From: Candidatus Bathyarchaeia archaeon
Lineage (GTDB): Archaea > Thermoproteota > Bathyarchaeia > Bathyarchaeales > Bathycorpusculaceae
Direction of reading: 5' to 3'
Length of the DNA: 64,000 bases
NCBI GenBank assembly: GCA_050015395.1
Contig: JBEKBM010000001.1
Span: forward strand, 64,001 to 128,000
Below the pieces are notes generated by a model. The model was not told the origin of the DNA. It ran no database searches and was given only the letters and a program-made list of their open reading frames with translations. Below, piece after piece: positions 19,846-29,923 of the stretch; position 1 is the first letter of the stretch, and each line of letters starts with the position of its first letter. The position numbers were made by a program, and so were the translations under genes.

Positions 19846-20640
19846 CTAAGATAAGCCTAGAACGTCGGCCATGCTGAAGACTTTAGGCTGATTCTGCTTG
19901 TTTAACCATTCTGCTGCGTAAACTGCGCCTTGAGCAAAAACGTTACGGGAGAACGCTGTGTGCTCTATGCGTAGCATCTCGTATGGTCCTGCTACGATTA
20001 AGTCATGGATTCCTGGGACGCCTCCTGCTCTTAAAGCTGTGATTTCAAGTTCGCCAGGCTGCCTTGGGCTTATGCCTTCTCTTCCAGAAACGACTTTTGT
20101 GTAACCGCGAGTGTTAGCGATGATTTCGCCTAGTTTCTTTGCTGTTCCGCTTGGCGCGTCCTTCTTGCCTGTATGATGGATTTCGTTTATACTGAAATCG
20201 TATCCTGGCGGAAAAGCCTTCAAAGCTTCAGCTAGCTTGAACAGTATATTGACGCCTACTGAATAGTTTGGCGAGAACACGGCTGGAACTTTGCCTGACA
20301 TGGCGTTTACTACTTGGCGGTTTTGCTCTGGAGTGAAACCTGTGGTGCCAAGGATTATGCGTTTTCCAAGGTTAGCAACGATGGGTATGTTAACGACTTC
20401 AGCGGCGGGCATTGTGAAACTAACGTAAGTGTCTGCGTCGTATACAGCTTCATTTAGTCTGTCGGAACTAAGAATTTGGGTGTCCGAATTGGTGATGCCA
20501 AGTTCTCGCAAGGTTTTGCCTGTGCATGGATTATTTGGAGCCTCGATTGCACCAACTATTTGATGACCTTTTGAGGTAGCTTCATTGATAATAGCGTTGC
20601 CCATTCTGCCTGCGGCGCCTGCTACACATATTTTAAGCAT
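19846..20640 (-). CDS. dapB: 4-hydroxy-tetrahydrodipicolinate reductase
   Basis: GAAGRMG, GTTG and EIHH..KKDAPSGTA. Start set to the ATG at 20640. Confidence 0.95.
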   Translation of the reverse strand: MLKICVAGAAGRMGNAIINEATSKGHQIVGAIEAPNNPCTGKTLRELGITNSDTQILSSDRLNEAVYDADTYVSFTMPAAEVVNIPIVANLGKRIILGTTGFTPEQNRQVVNAMSGKVPAVFSPNYSVGVNILFKLAEALKAFPPGYDFSINEIHHTGKKDAPSGTAKKLGEIIANTRGYTKVVSGREGISPRQPGELEITALRAGGVPGIHDLIVAGPYEMLRIEHTAFSRNVFAQGAVYAAEWLNKQNQPKVFSMADVLGLS

Positions 20641-21670
20641 AGAAGAGTCCCTCCAGGTACCTCTCATTGTATAATCGCTCTTTCAAGTCTACGTTGAAGT
20701 AGTCTGCTATGGGCTGAAGGATTCCAGGATTATTCTCGTACACTTTTCTGGCGTTTGTGAGAACTACTTCTAAGCCGTTGCGGGTCATTTTACCCAGAGG
20801 TTGCCTGCATGGACCAGACGGCATGCCTAACATGTTCATTAACGTCTTGTAGGCTAAGGGGTTTCGGGCTTTGCATGCTACTGTGCCGTATGGTGTTTGC
20901 TCTTGTGTTTTCACGGTGACTATGCTAAAGAGTGGTTGGAGTGCTTGAGCGATTCTGGTGGCTTCTTCCTGATTACCGTCAAGAATGTAGTGTGTCATGT
21001 CAGCTACTGCGCGAGGTGTAACGTTTGATGTAACTGAGATTACGCCGCTTGCATTAATATCGGGTGAAGTCATCATTGCTAATGTTTTGTCGTCGTCTCC
21101 TGAGAGGATGTCGAAGTCTTCGCCGCAAAGTTTGCGCGTTAACTCCATGTTTTTCAAATCGCCGGTGGCTTCCTTTACGCAGCGGACGTTTGGGTATTGC
21201 TGGTGAAGTATTGCTAGGTCTTGTGGGTAAAGTTGGGTTCCTGTCCTGCCGGGAATAATGTATGGAATTACTTGGACTTCAGGGAACTGCCGTGCGATTG
21301 GTTCAACGTATTCCCTGCGTATTTCCAGTGAACTCGGCCCGTTATAGTATGGGTCTACGAGCAGAACGCATTTCACGCCTAAGTGCTGGGCGTGTTCCGT
21401 GCCTTCGATTGCTTCCTGCGTTGAGTTGCTTCCTGTTCCAGCTATAGTTAAGACTTTTGCACCTGCACATTCGTGGGTTTTTTCGATTACCTTGTTGTGT
21501 TCATTCCAGTCTAAGGTGGGACTTTCGCCGGTTGTGCCGACGGCGAGTATACCTTTTACACCTTCTTTTATTTGGAAATCTACCAGTTGACGTAAGCCTT
21601 CGTAATCGACTTGGCGATTACGAGTCATGGGGGTTATTAGCGCAGTGTAACAGCCACTTAATCTTACCAT
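20633..21670 (-). CDS. dapA: 4-hydroxy-tetrahydrodipicolinate synthase
   Basis: TALITP, GTTGES, PYYN, PGRTG, KEA and SGDD. Start set to the ATG at 21670. Confidence 0.93.
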   Translation of the reverse strand: MVRLSGCYTALITPMTRNRQVDYEGLRQLVDFQIKEGVKGILAVGTTGESPTLDWNEHNKVIEKTHECAGAKVLTIAGTGSNSTQEAIEGTEHAQHLGVKCVLLVDPYYNGPSSLEIRREYVEPIARQFPEVQVIPYIIPGRTGTQLYPQDLAILHQQYPNVRCVKEATGDLKNMELTRKLCGEDFDILSGDDDKTLAMMTSPDINASGVISVTSNVTPRAVADMTHYILDGNQEEATRIAQALQPLFSIVTVKTQEQTPYGTVACKARNPLAYKTLMNMLGMPSGPCRQPLGKMTRNGLEVVLTNARKVYENNPGILQPIADYFNVDLKERLYNERYLEGLFYA

Positions 21671-21831
21671 TTTTAATTCCTCGTTATAGGTAATGAACAA
21701 ATCATTAGCAGTATATTTAAGCGTTACGTTTTCCTTATTTTTTCTACTAAAAACGGAATATGTTCGTTATGATAATCCTAATTTGACACTTATTTCAACG
21801 TAATCGCAACCGTAAAATGGCTAAAAAATGC

Positions 21832-22149
21832 TTAACTCTCAAACGGCGTAATATAATAAGCGGTAAAAACGCCATCATAGCCATCGTAAAGCCTTCGCAG
21901 ATAAACAAGAGCATCATCAATAACCACAGCAGAAGGAATAACCAGTCTGTAATTATCCGACCGCACAACTTCCCTAAGCCTTCCCGTTTCCCTCTTAATA
22001 ATCCTCATCCGCAGAACCTTCCGCCCTGATAGATAAACAGCAACCTCGCCGCGGTGTGGATTCCCCTTTCTGACATCAATAGTTTTTTTGCTTGAGGTTA
22101 ACCATTCGAATGCTTCTTTCTTTGTACGAAAAAGGGGCAAGTTGGGCAC
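21832..22149 (-). CDS. ASCH/PUA-like domain protein
   Basis: F.W..S.KKTIDVR, matching the ASCH G.K..E.R motif in variant form. Confidence 0.6.
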   Translation of the reverse strand: MPNLPLFRTKKEAFEWLTSSKKTIDVRKGNPHRGEVAVYLSGRKVLRMRIIKRETGRLREVVRSDNYRLVIPSAVVIDDALVYLRRLYDGYDGVFTAYYITPFES

Positions 22150-22257
22150 CTAAATTTTAGATTAAAACGACCAAAAGATAAGCTTTCAGTAAAAAAGCGA
22201 ATAACAAAATTAATAAAATATGAAAAAATGGGTTGGAATTGAAAAGGACTTGTGGTT

Positions 22258-22455
22258 TTAACCTTTGCCTTTCTCTTCTTTACCGAAGTACTTGGTCCAC
22301 TTTAGTTTACGTGCGTCTCGTTTGAATTGCAGTGAGCTTTTCTTGCATTTGCCAGAATCATACCATAAAATTGATCCGTCGTTTTTAACGAACATCATGC
22401 CTGTACCAGCTGGGAAATCAGCACCGCAAAACGAACATTTTCTTGATTTTGGCAT
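22258..22455 (-). CDS. rpl24e: 50S ribosomal protein L24e
   Basis: CSFCG...GTG.MFVKNDG...KC...RKLKWT. Confidence 0.95.
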   Translation of the reverse strand: MPKSRKCSFCGADFPAGTGMMFVKNDGSILWYDSGKCKKSSLQFKRDARKLKWTKYFGKEEKGKG

Positions 22456-22475
22456 GACAATTTCTCCTTAATAGT

Positions 22476-22694
22476 TTATCTTGTAATTTTCTTTGCTTCT
22501 CTTTCTGTTTCCCGCAGCATAAGAATATCTTGAACGCGAACTGGTCCTTTAACGTTGCGTGTTATGATTCTGCCTTTATCTTTTCCTTCCATGATGCGGA
22601 CTCGAACCTGTGTGATTTCGCCAGTGACACCTGTACGGCCTATGACTTGGATAACTTCTGATGGAATAAGCTCTTCCGCTGCTTCTTTACTCAT
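22476..22694 (-). CDS. rps28e: 30S ribosomal protein S28e
   Basis: [14 protein letters not shown] and [19 protein letters not shown]. Confidence 0.96.
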   Translation of the reverse strand: MSKEAAEELIPSEVIQVIGRTGVTGEITQVRVRIMEGKDKGRIITRNVKGPVRVQDILMLRETEREAKKITR

Positions 22695-23074
22695 TACTGA
22701 GATCCTCGTTTAACCTGGTCAATCCGAGTAACGATTTCTTTGATTAATCCTGCGGCTTCTCCTTCCTTGAGAATGCATGCTGCTGCGCATGGAACGTCTA
22801 TGCCTATTGCGTTGCCTAGTTTTTCTTTATTTGGAACGAACACGTAGGGGATTTTTCTTTCTTCGCAGAGAAGCGGTAAATGCGCCACCACTTCTGGCGG
22901 ATCAACATCTTCAGCTATTACGACAAGTTTTGCTTGAGATCGCTCAACAGCTTTTGTTGCCTCGTTTGTTCCTTTCCTAACTACTCCTGATTTAGAAGCA
23001 ATCGTTAGGGCTTCATAGGCTGCATCTACGATTTCTTTCGGTACTTCATATTTTACATAGAATGGTTTGGACAT
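22694..23074 (-). CDS. rpl7ae: 50S ribosomal protein L7Ae
   Basis: [12 protein letters not shown] and [18 protein letters not shown]. Confidence 0.97.
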   Translation of the reverse strand: MSKPFYVKYEVPKEIVDAAYEALTIASKSGVVRKGTNEATKAVERSQAKLVVIAEDVDPPEVVAHLPLLCEERKIPYVFVPNKEKLGNAIGIDVPCAAACILKEGEAAGLIKEIVTRIDQVKRGSQ

Positions 23075-23159
23075 ATTAGCCTCACCCTTTTAAGGCACAG
23101 TCTTATCCACACTTCTTATTTAAGAAGCTTTCGACTCTAAAATGTCAGTCTAATCTTTC

Positions 23160-23192
23160 AGCTTATAAAGCCTTTAGAAAGCTTTAAATAAA
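23160..23192. promoter_or_regulatory. Back-to-back TATA boxes of the divergent rpl7ae and gar1-tfb operons
   Basis: TTTATAAG on the minus strand (~23161-23169) and GAAAGCTTTAAATA (BRE plus TATA) on the plus strand (~23177-23190). Confidence 0.5.
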
Positions 23193-23209
23193 CTACTACG
23201 GTCTCCTAC

Positions 23210-23488
23210 ATGTTTTTCGAGAGGGGAATGGCGCGTTTGCAAAAATTGGGCAGAGTGCGGGCGTTAACTCCGTCAAAAAACATGATTGTAAAGACTGAAA
23301 AAGCTCCTAAAATTGGCTCAGAAGTTGTTGATGAAAACTTAAAGGTTATCGGTAAAGTTTTTGATATTATAGGTCCAGTGTCTGCTCCCTATGCAGTGGT
23401 TAAACCAACTGTCAGGGAACCCGCTAAACTAGTGAATAAACCGGTGTACTTGCTTCTCTCGAAAACGAAACGGAGCAAAAATGAATGA
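23210..23488 (+). CDS. gar1: H/ACA RNP protein Gar1/Naf1
   Basis: [19 protein letters not shown] and the conserved position upstream of tfb. The start may lie slightly downstream. Confidence 0.88.
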   Translation: MFFERGMARLQKLGRVRALTPSKNMIVKTEKAPKIGSEVVDENLKVIGKVFDIIGPVSAPYAVVKPTVREPAKLVNKPVYLLLSKTKRSKNE

Positions 23489-24450
23489 TTAGAGATAGCA
23501 AGTTACATGAAGAGACAGACCAATCTGCAAAAACAGAACCGGCCAAAATACAATCATGCCCTGAATGCGGCAGCACCCGACTTATGCGCGATTATGAATG
23601 CGCCGAAATAGTATGCATGGACTGCGGTTTCGTAGTAGCAGCCAAAATAGCTGACCGAGGACCAGAATGGAGAGCCTTCGACGACGAGCAAAGGTCAAAA
23701 AGAACCAGAGTTGGAGCACCTTTAACATACACAATCCACGATAAAGGTTTATCAACAACCATCGATTGGCACGACCGAGACATTTATGGTAAAAGTCTCT
23801 CGCCCGGGCAGAAAGCGCAGGTTTATCGTCTCAGGAAATGGCAAAGGCGCATCAGAGTTTCAGACGCCACAGAACGCAACTTGGCATTTGCCCTTTCTGA
23901 AATAACAAAGATTTCTAATAACTTGAACCTTCCAAAAAACATTCTGGAGACAGCCTCAGTAATTTACCGAAAAGCAGTAAAAGAGCGCCTAATCCGAGGC
24001 AGGTCAATTCAGGGTGTTACTTCAGCAGCGATTTACTTAGCATGCAGACAATGTGCCTTACCTCGAACTTTAGATGAAATCGCTCAGTCTTCAAGTGTAA
24101 ACAAGAAAGAAGTTGGCAGAAGCTACCGTTTCTTAATCAGAGAACTAAACTATTCAATTCCACCACTTAGGCCAAGCCAGTACATAACAAAGTTTTCTAA
24201 TCAACTGACGATGCAGGGAAAAGTTGAAGAAATCGCCCACAAAATCTTAGCCGGAGCAAAAGAACTTAAACTCACGTCAGGCAGAGGACCAACCGGAATT
24301 GCGGCGGCAGCAAGTTACGTCGCGTCTGTTTTGACGGGTGAGCGGAAGACTCAGAGGGAAATCGCCGAGATTGCGCAGGTAACTGAGGTTACTATTCGGA
24401 ACAGGTACAAGGAACTCGTTGAACGGTTAATGTTCGAAATAAGCATCTAA
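23485..24450 (+). CDS. tfb: Transcription initiation factor IIB
   Basis: CPECG...CMDCG zinc ribbon, GPEWRAF, two cyclin repeats and [13 protein letters not shown]. Confidence 0.97.
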   Translation: MIRDSKLHEETDQSAKTEPAKIQSCPECGSTRLMRDYECAEIVCMDCGFVVAAKIADRGPEWRAFDDEQRSKRTRVGAPLTYTIHDKGLSTTIDWHDRDIYGKSLSPGQKAQVYRLRKWQRRIRVSDATERNLAFALSEITKISNNLNLPKNILETASVIYRKAVKERLIRGRSIQGVTSAAIYLACRQCALPRTLDEIAQSSSVNKKEVGRSYRFLIRELNYSIPPLRPSQYITKFSNQLTMQGKVEEIAHKILAGAKELKLTSGRGPTGIAAAASYVASVLTGERKTQREIAEIAQVTEVTIRNRYKELVERLMFEISI

Positions 24451-24496
24451 TAGCCGCCTTTTCCTATTTTTCATTTCAAGCAAAGTGTTTAGACAG

Positions 24497-24772
24497 ATGA
24501 CTAAGTCCAACAAAAAATCTTCAGAAGCGCCAAAAATAAAAGAGCTAATTGGAAAACTTAAGGAAATACAGTTAGGGCTTAAACAAAATTTAGCCGATCT
24601 ACAGCAGAAACTAGAAACGCTTGATTCAGAGCCTGAATTGTTGATTAGCTTAGAGAACGCCAAGAAAGATGCAGAATCAAGAGCCAGCGACCTTGAAGCG
24701 GAAGTAAAGCGACTCCGAGAAGAGCTTAAAGCCATTAAAGATTTGTTAGGCTTGAACATGGAGAAGAAATAA
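24497..24772 (+). CDS. Hypothetical coiled-coil protein
   Basis: Heptad-rich ORF directly downstream of tfb. Start set to the ATG at 24497. Confidence 0.6.
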   Translation: MTKSNKKSSEAPKIKELIGKLKEIQLGLKQNLADLQQKLETLDSEPELLISLENAKKDAESRASDLEAEVKRLREELKAIKDLLGLNMEKK

Positions 24773-24777
24773 CCCTG

Positions 24778-24801
24778 TTAATTCTCACATTAATTCTCAC
24801 A
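24778..24801 (+). repeat. Perfect 12-bp tandem duplication (TTAATTCTCACA x2)
   Basis: Seen directly, just upstream of the TATA-like element of the first DUF116 gene. Confidence 0.8.
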
Positions 24802-24847
24802 CAGATACAGTTATTTTTTTAAGCATCATAGTAGCTTAACTAAACAT

Positions 24848-25462
24848 ATGCCCTATAAATTTACTTTCGATCTGTCAAAGGTCCCGCGTTTCTTCTTCAC
24901 TGAAATTGCGACGGTGAGTTACCAGAAGGGCATGCATAGAACATTAATTAAAAAATTACAAGAAATTATTTTAAGGTTTAGAATACAAGAAGCCACTGGA
25001 CTAAACCTTTCTGATTCCTTAGTTTTGCTTCAGGATCTAATTGATTTACAAGCAGTAAACATGATAGAGCGAGGCAAATTCTTGCAGACCAAGAAAAGAG
25101 CCCTTTTTCTTTCTCACTGCACAAGGAAGTACTTAGATAGCCGCTGTAAAGCAGTTTTTGACTCAAATATCCCGTCTTACTCGTGCTCCCACTGTTCAGA
25201 AGACTGCTTAGTTAATCAGTCTGACCGCTTAGCTCGAAAAAAGGGATATGACGTTTACGTGGTGCCAGGCGGTTCCTGCATTCCCAAGATTCTGAAGAAT
25301 ACACATTACGAAGGCGTGGTGGGAATTGCGTGTGGAGAAGAAATTAAAGTGTTGGGGCCACTTTTGAACAGTATGGATGTGGCTGGGCAAGCTATACCGT
25401 TGCTAAAGAATGGCTGTGCAAACACCATTTTTAATATGGAAACGCTCGTAAAAGTTCTCTAG
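24848..25462 (+). CDS. DUF116 family protein (copy A)
   Basis: RALFLSHC, C..C..C...C, VPGGS, GVVGIAC, PL...GC..T. Confidence 0.85.
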   Translation: MPYKFTFDLSKVPRFFFTEIATVSYQKGMHRTLIKKLQEIILRFRIQEATGLNLSDSLVLLQDLIDLQAVNMIERGKFLQTKKRALFLSHCTRKYLDSRCKAVFDSNIPSYSCSHCSEDCLVNQSDRLARKKGYDVYVVPGGSCIPKILKNTHYEGVVGIACGEEIKVLGPLLNSMDVAGQAIPLLKNGCANTIFNMETLVKVL

Positions 25463-25650
25463 TTCCAGAGTTTGCTTATTGCGGGGTTCGTGGTTGCTCT
25501 TTTACTTTTTAGAAGCCTCGTTTTTTGCCACAGGTGAACACTTTTAAAACTTAAAAGATAACGCGCCGCGGCGCTAAAACAAAACTGCGTTTCCATATGC
25601 AGTTGTAAAAGATATTCTTTTTAAGTTTGGCTCTTTATTCATCTTGAGTT

Positions 25651-26265
25651 ATGCCCTATAAGTTTACTTTCGACATTTCAAAGGCGCCCCAACACTTTTT
25701 CATAGAACTCGCCATTGTCGGCAACCAAATGGGCATGCAGAAGGTTTTTGAGAAAACCTTACAGGAATTAATCAGAAAATTCAGAATTCAAGAAGTTACA
25801 GAACTTAACATCCAAGATGCCGTGGTGCTAATTCAAGACCTCCTCAAGATGCAAACTTTGAATTTGACACAAAAACAGGAATTTCTGCAGACCAAAAAAA
25901 GGGCTCTGTTCCTTCCCCACTGCTGTAGGAAATACATGGATAGTCAATGCCACGCCGTTTTTGAGCCGAGCTTGACCTCTTACGTTTGTGCTCATTGCTC
26001 ACCCGACTGTTTTGTCAACAAGGCGGAACACATTGCCAGAGAGAAAGGGTACGACGTTTACGTTTTATCTGGGGGTTCTTGTATGCCTAATATTTTGAAG
26101 CAGAAGAAGTACGAGGGTGTTGTGGGCGTTGCATGCGGTCCAGAAGTGATTATGTCTGGCGAAAAGTTGAGCAGTATGGGCATGGCTTGGCAATCTGTTC
26201 CGTTGCTAAAGAACGGCTGTGCCAATACATTTTTCAACATTGAAACGCTGATAAAAACGCTGTAA
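25651..26265 (+). CDS. DUF116 family protein (copy B, tandem paralog)
   Basis: Same length (204 aa) and motifs as copy A, and both begin MPYKFTFD. Confidence 0.85.
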   Translation: MPYKFTFDISKAPQHFFIELAIVGNQMGMQKVFEKTLQELIRKFRIQEVTELNIQDAVVLIQDLLKMQTLNLTQKQEFLQTKKRALFLPHCCRKYMDSQCHAVFEPSLTSYVCAHCSPDCFVNKAEHIAREKGYDVYVLSGGSCMPNILKQKKYEGVVGVACGPEVIMSGEKLSSMGMAWQSVPLLKNGCANTFFNIETLIKTL

Positions 26266-26480
26266 AATAAGAGATTTATGAACCCAGCGTCAACGACTCG
26301 AACGGCGTATACTCGTTTCCGACTATACCTATACTCTCACCCTATAATGACTTGATTTTATTACTACCCTGTCTTTTCAATATGCATTCATAGACTATAT
26401 GACCTGAATCGAATATAATGTCCTGAGAAGTCCTTTCAGGAAGATAAAAGTAAAACAAAAATAAACTCTGTTACTTTACT

Positions 26481-26642
26481 TTACTTTACTATTTCTCGTT
26501 TCTTCCAGCGCAGGTTCTTGCCTTTGCATTTTCTGCATTTCAATGCAGTTGCAGCGTTGCGTGCGCCGCAGTCTCTGCAGATTTTCATGTACAACCTGTG
26601 CTTCTGCGCTATGGCCTTTTTAACTGGGTCTAATATTGGCAT
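26481..26642 (-). CDS. rpl40e: 50S ribosomal protein L40e (below the ORF-track size cutoff)
   Basis: Manual translation gives MPILDPVKKAIAQKHRLYMKICRDCGARNAATALKCRKCKGKNLRWKKREIVK*. Confidence 0.93.
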   Translation of the reverse strand: MPILDPVKKAIAQKHRLYMKICRDCGARNAATALKCRKCKGKNLRWKKREIVK

Positions 26643-26737
26643 TTTATTGTTAACCGTCCATTTTGGCTAAGTCTTTGATGGGTAAGTATCAAATATACCT
26701 TTTGTCTTAACTTTGCAATTACAGGAAAAGCTAATCC

Positions 26738-27613
26738 TTAAGGCAAAAGCTCCTTAGCCAACAATGCTGCGACATCACTAGGCTTCTCAGCCACCATCAC
26801 TCCAGCGTTTGTGAATGCTTCAATTTTGCTTTGAGCAGTCCCCTGCTTACCCATTATTATCGCTCCCGCGTGACCCATCCGCTTGCCAGATGGCGCAAAA
26901 CGTCCAGCCACATAAGCCACAATCGGCTTAGGGTAAAGCTTTTTGGCTATGTACTCTGCTGTTAATTCTTCCATGTTACCGCCAATTTCACCAATCAAAA
27001 CCACAGCTTTCGTCTTCGGGTCTTCTTTGAACAGTTCTAAGGCTTCAATAAAATTTAAGCCCACGATTGGGTCACCGCCGACACCAACACAGGTTGATTG
27101 TCCCAAACCCTTGGCTGTGAGCCCAGCGGCTATTTCATAGGTTAAAGTTCCGCTTCTTGAAACCACGCCAATTTCGCCTGGCTTGAAGATGTTGGCTGGC
27201 ATTATTCCAAGTTTGCATTGTCCAGGCGTTATTATTCCACTTGTGTTTGGACCAATAATGGTGACTTGCGACCGATCTGCGTACGCCATTACGCTTATCG
27301 CATCTTTTATCGGCAAATGCTCAGTAACCACAACGATTGTCTTGATTTTGTTAGCGATGGCTTCTAGAACTGCATCTTGGGCGAACGGAGCTGGCACAAA
27401 AATTATTGAAGCATTAGACGAATACGCCTCAACAGTTTCTTTTACGGTATCATAAACTGGGACTCCATTGGCTATTGTTCCGCCTTTGCCTGGAACCACT
27501 CCAGCCACTATTTTAGTTCCGTAATCAAGCATTAGTTTAGTGTGGTAACTGCCTTGTTTCCCAGTGATGCCCTGAACAATCGCCTTTGTGTCAGCATTAA
27601 TTATTATGCCCAT
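26738..27613 (-). CDS. sucD: Succinyl-CoA synthetase subunit alpha
   Basis: QGITG, SRSGTLTYE, GEIGG and MGHAGA (phospho-His). Confidence 0.94.
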   Translation of the reverse strand: MGIIINADTKAIVQGITGKQGSYHTKLMLDYGTKIVAGVVPGKGGTIANGVPVYDTVKETVEAYSSNASIIFVPAPFAQDAVLEAIANKIKTIVVVTEHLPIKDAISVMAYADRSQVTIIGPNTSGIITPGQCKLGIMPANIFKPGEIGVVSRSGTLTYEIAAGLTAKGLGQSTCVGVGGDPIVGLNFIEALELFKEDPKTKAVVLIGEIGGNMEELTAEYIAKKLYPKPIVAYVAGRFAPSGKRMGHAGAIIMGKQGTAQSKIEAFTNAGVMVAEKPSDVAALLAKELLP

Positions 27614-28752
27614 TACGGTTGCGCTCCCCTGGTAATTTCAACGGCTTGTTTTGCTGCTTCTTCCATGCTGTCAAAAACGCTTATGCCAGCATTAGCGAGA
27701 ATTTTTTGGCCTTCCTGCTGATTTGTGCCTACAAGTCTAACAACCAACGGTTTCTTAACTTTAGCCTCGTTTGCTGCCTCAACAATGCCGCGTGCAACAT
27801 CATCGCAGTGGGTTATTCCTCCAAGGACATTGACTAGTATAACTTTAGCGTCTGGTTCAGCAAAAACAATCTGCAAGGCTGCCGCTATGGCTTCAATGGT
27901 TGCTCCACCGCCTAAATCCAAAAAGTTTGCTGGTTTACCGCCGAAAAAATTCAGCAAATCAAGCGTAGCCATAACCAATCCAGCGCCATTGCCGACCACA
28001 CCTATGTCGCCATCAAGTTTAACGTAAGCCAGATTATTCTTTAAAGCCAAAACCTCTTGCGATGAAAGCGCTTCAACTTGCCTTTCAGCGTATTCTGGAT
28101 GCCTAAACAAGGCATTATCATCAATTACCATTCGAGCGTCTAGGGCAACGAAGTCTCCTGTTTCTGTCTCGGCTAACGGGTTAATCTCAACCAATTCAGC
28201 ATCGTTGTCAATGCAAACTTGGTATAGCTTCTGGATGATAGTTGATAATTTTACAAGTTGATTGCCACTGTAACCTAACTGTTTTGCTATTGCCACGGAG
28301 TCGAAAGAACGCACACCCGACTGCGCGTCAATGAAGGTTCGGATAATTGCCTTTGGTGTTTTACTAGCTATTTCCTCGATTTCTACTCCGCCTGTTGTAG
28401 AGGCTAAGGCAACGTAGCTTCGGTTAAAGCGATCAATCGCAATGCTCAAGTACAATTCCTTGCGGATTGGAAGTTTTTCTTCTATTAGCACCTGCTTAAC
28501 AAGCAAACCTCTTATCCGTGCCCCAAGAAGTTTAACCGCGGCTTCTTCTGCTTCTTTTTCCGATTTGGCAGCTATGATTCCGCCTGCTTTTCCTCTTCCG
28601 CCAACTAAAACTTGCGCTTTCACCATGTAAGGCGGCTTAAGTTTAGCAATTGCTTGGGCTGTTTGATTGAATTTAGCAATCAATGCGCCATTTGGAATAG
28701 AAATATTATGCTTTGAGAACTCTTGTTTTGCTTCATATTCAAATAAATTCAA
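27613..28752 (-). CDS. sucC: Succinyl-CoA synthetase subunit beta
   Basis: MNLFEYEAK, KAQVLVGGRGKAGG, EINPL, NGAGL.MATLD and ANFLDLGGG. Confidence 0.94.
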   Translation of the reverse strand: MNLFEYEAKQEFSKHNISIPNGALIAKFNQTAQAIAKLKPPYMVKAQVLVGGRGKAGGIIAAKSEKEAEEAAVKLLGARIRGLLVKQVLIEEKLPIRKELYLSIAIDRFNRSYVALASTTGGVEIEEIASKTPKAIIRTFIDAQSGVRSFDSVAIAKQLGYSGNQLVKLSTIIQKLYQVCIDNDAELVEINPLAETETGDFVALDARMVIDDNALFRHPEYAERQVEALSSQEVLALKNNLAYVKLDGDIGVVGNGAGLVMATLDLLNFFGGKPANFLDLGGGATIEAIAAALQIVFAEPDAKVILVNVLGGITHCDDVARGIVEAANEAKVKKPLVVRLVGTNQQEGQKILANAGISVFDSMEEAAKQAVEITRGAQP

Positions 28753-28760
28753 AACTGTCC

Positions 28761-29228
28761 CTATTTAATTTCCTCAATCGTGACATAAGAACGTGTATCT
28801 TCGATTCCCTCTATGCCATAGAGTTTCTTTAGAATTTCGTCTAGGTTATCTCGTTCAACAATTATTAATGCATCTACTTCGCCAGCTATGCGGAAGGCTC
28901 TAGAAACGGCAAGCTCACGAATTTGATCATAAACGTGTATTCGTTTAATTGGTGAAACCTTGAGCAGAATAAAGGCTGGAGTAGTGGATACGCCGAGAGC
29001 ATTCAATCCTTTATCAGTAACATCTATGAAGCCTCTGCCAGTTCGAATGTAGCCTCGGTTTTTTAGTTTGCGCAAGTGCACGTTTAACGCTTGCCTACTC
29101 ACTCCCAATTGGCTTGATAACTCGTCTTGCTTAATCCTCAGCGTATAGGTGTTTGTGGATTTCCCCTTCTCATATAGTGTTTTTAAGAGTTGAATTGAAC
29201 GTTTAGTTAATGGCTCCAAATTGGTCAC
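28761..29228 (-). CDS. Lrp/AsnC family transcriptional regulator
   Basis: N-terminal wHTH (QDELSSQLGVSRQALNVHLRKL) and C-terminal RAM-like domain (IAGEVD...GIEDTRSY). Confidence 0.85.
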   Translation of the reverse strand: MTNLEPLTKRSIQLLKTLYEKGKSTNTYTLRIKQDELSSQLGVSRQALNVHLRKLKNRGYIRTGRGFIDVTDKGLNALGVSTTPAFILLKVSPIKRIHVYDQIRELAVSRAFRIAGEVDALIIVERDNLDEILKKLYGIEGIEDTRSYVTIEEIK

Positions 29229-29598
29229 TTATGTGATGTTTTTTTAAGTTAAACTTTACAATAATGAAGGTTGCTTAAGAATTTGGTGTTACCAAACCCG
29301 TCAAAAACAGACGCTAATCTACCAAAAATGCAAACGCTCTATAACACTTTAGGGCTTCTTATTTGCAAGATTCTTAATTTGGCTTCTTAAATAGGGTTAT
29401 TAATTTTTTACAAGCACCAAAGAAGAGCTTGTATATTTTGAAATAAACTGTGACACTAGATAACCAAAAAACAGCAACCAGCGGCAACCAATCTGCAAGC
29501 GCCCAGACAGAACATTAAACCTACACCACAACGTATTTATTTTTAAAAAAAGCTTTACTGAAGCCACTTAAAAAGTAAACTAGGAGTGAAGCGAAGAC

Positions 29599-29877
29599 GT
29601 GACTGATACCAACGCTGTCTTAATCGGAAAAAAACCAATAATGAACTATGTACTCGCATGCATCACTTTCTTTCATGGCGGAGCAAAAGAAGTAAGCATA
29701 AAAGCACGGGGAAGAGCCATCAGCCGAGCAATAGACGTAGCCGAAGTTGTTAGGCACAGATTCCTCCCAGACGTAAAAATCAAAAACATAGGCATCGGAA
29801 CAGACAAACTATTACCACAAGAAGAAAGCGACTCACCAATTAACGTTAGCACGATAGAAATAACGTTAACGAGATGA
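29599..29877 (+). CDS. albA: DNA/RNA-binding protein Alba
   Basis: [28 protein letters not shown] and VSTIEI. Confidence 0.95.
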   Translation: MTDTNAVLIGKKPIMNYVLACITFFHGGAKEVSIKARGRAISRAIDVAEVVRHRFLPDVKIKNIGIGTDKLLPQEESDSPINVSTIEITLTR

Positions 29878-29923
29878 ATCATGCAATAGCCAAACTCCTA
29901 TTTGCAGGAAAAACGAAGCACAA

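Noticed and set aside
23075-23150. Possible autoregulatory K-turn in the rpl7ae 5-prime UTR
   Set aside because: This is known in other archaea, but I could not assemble convincing tandem G-A pairs and flanking stems by eye.
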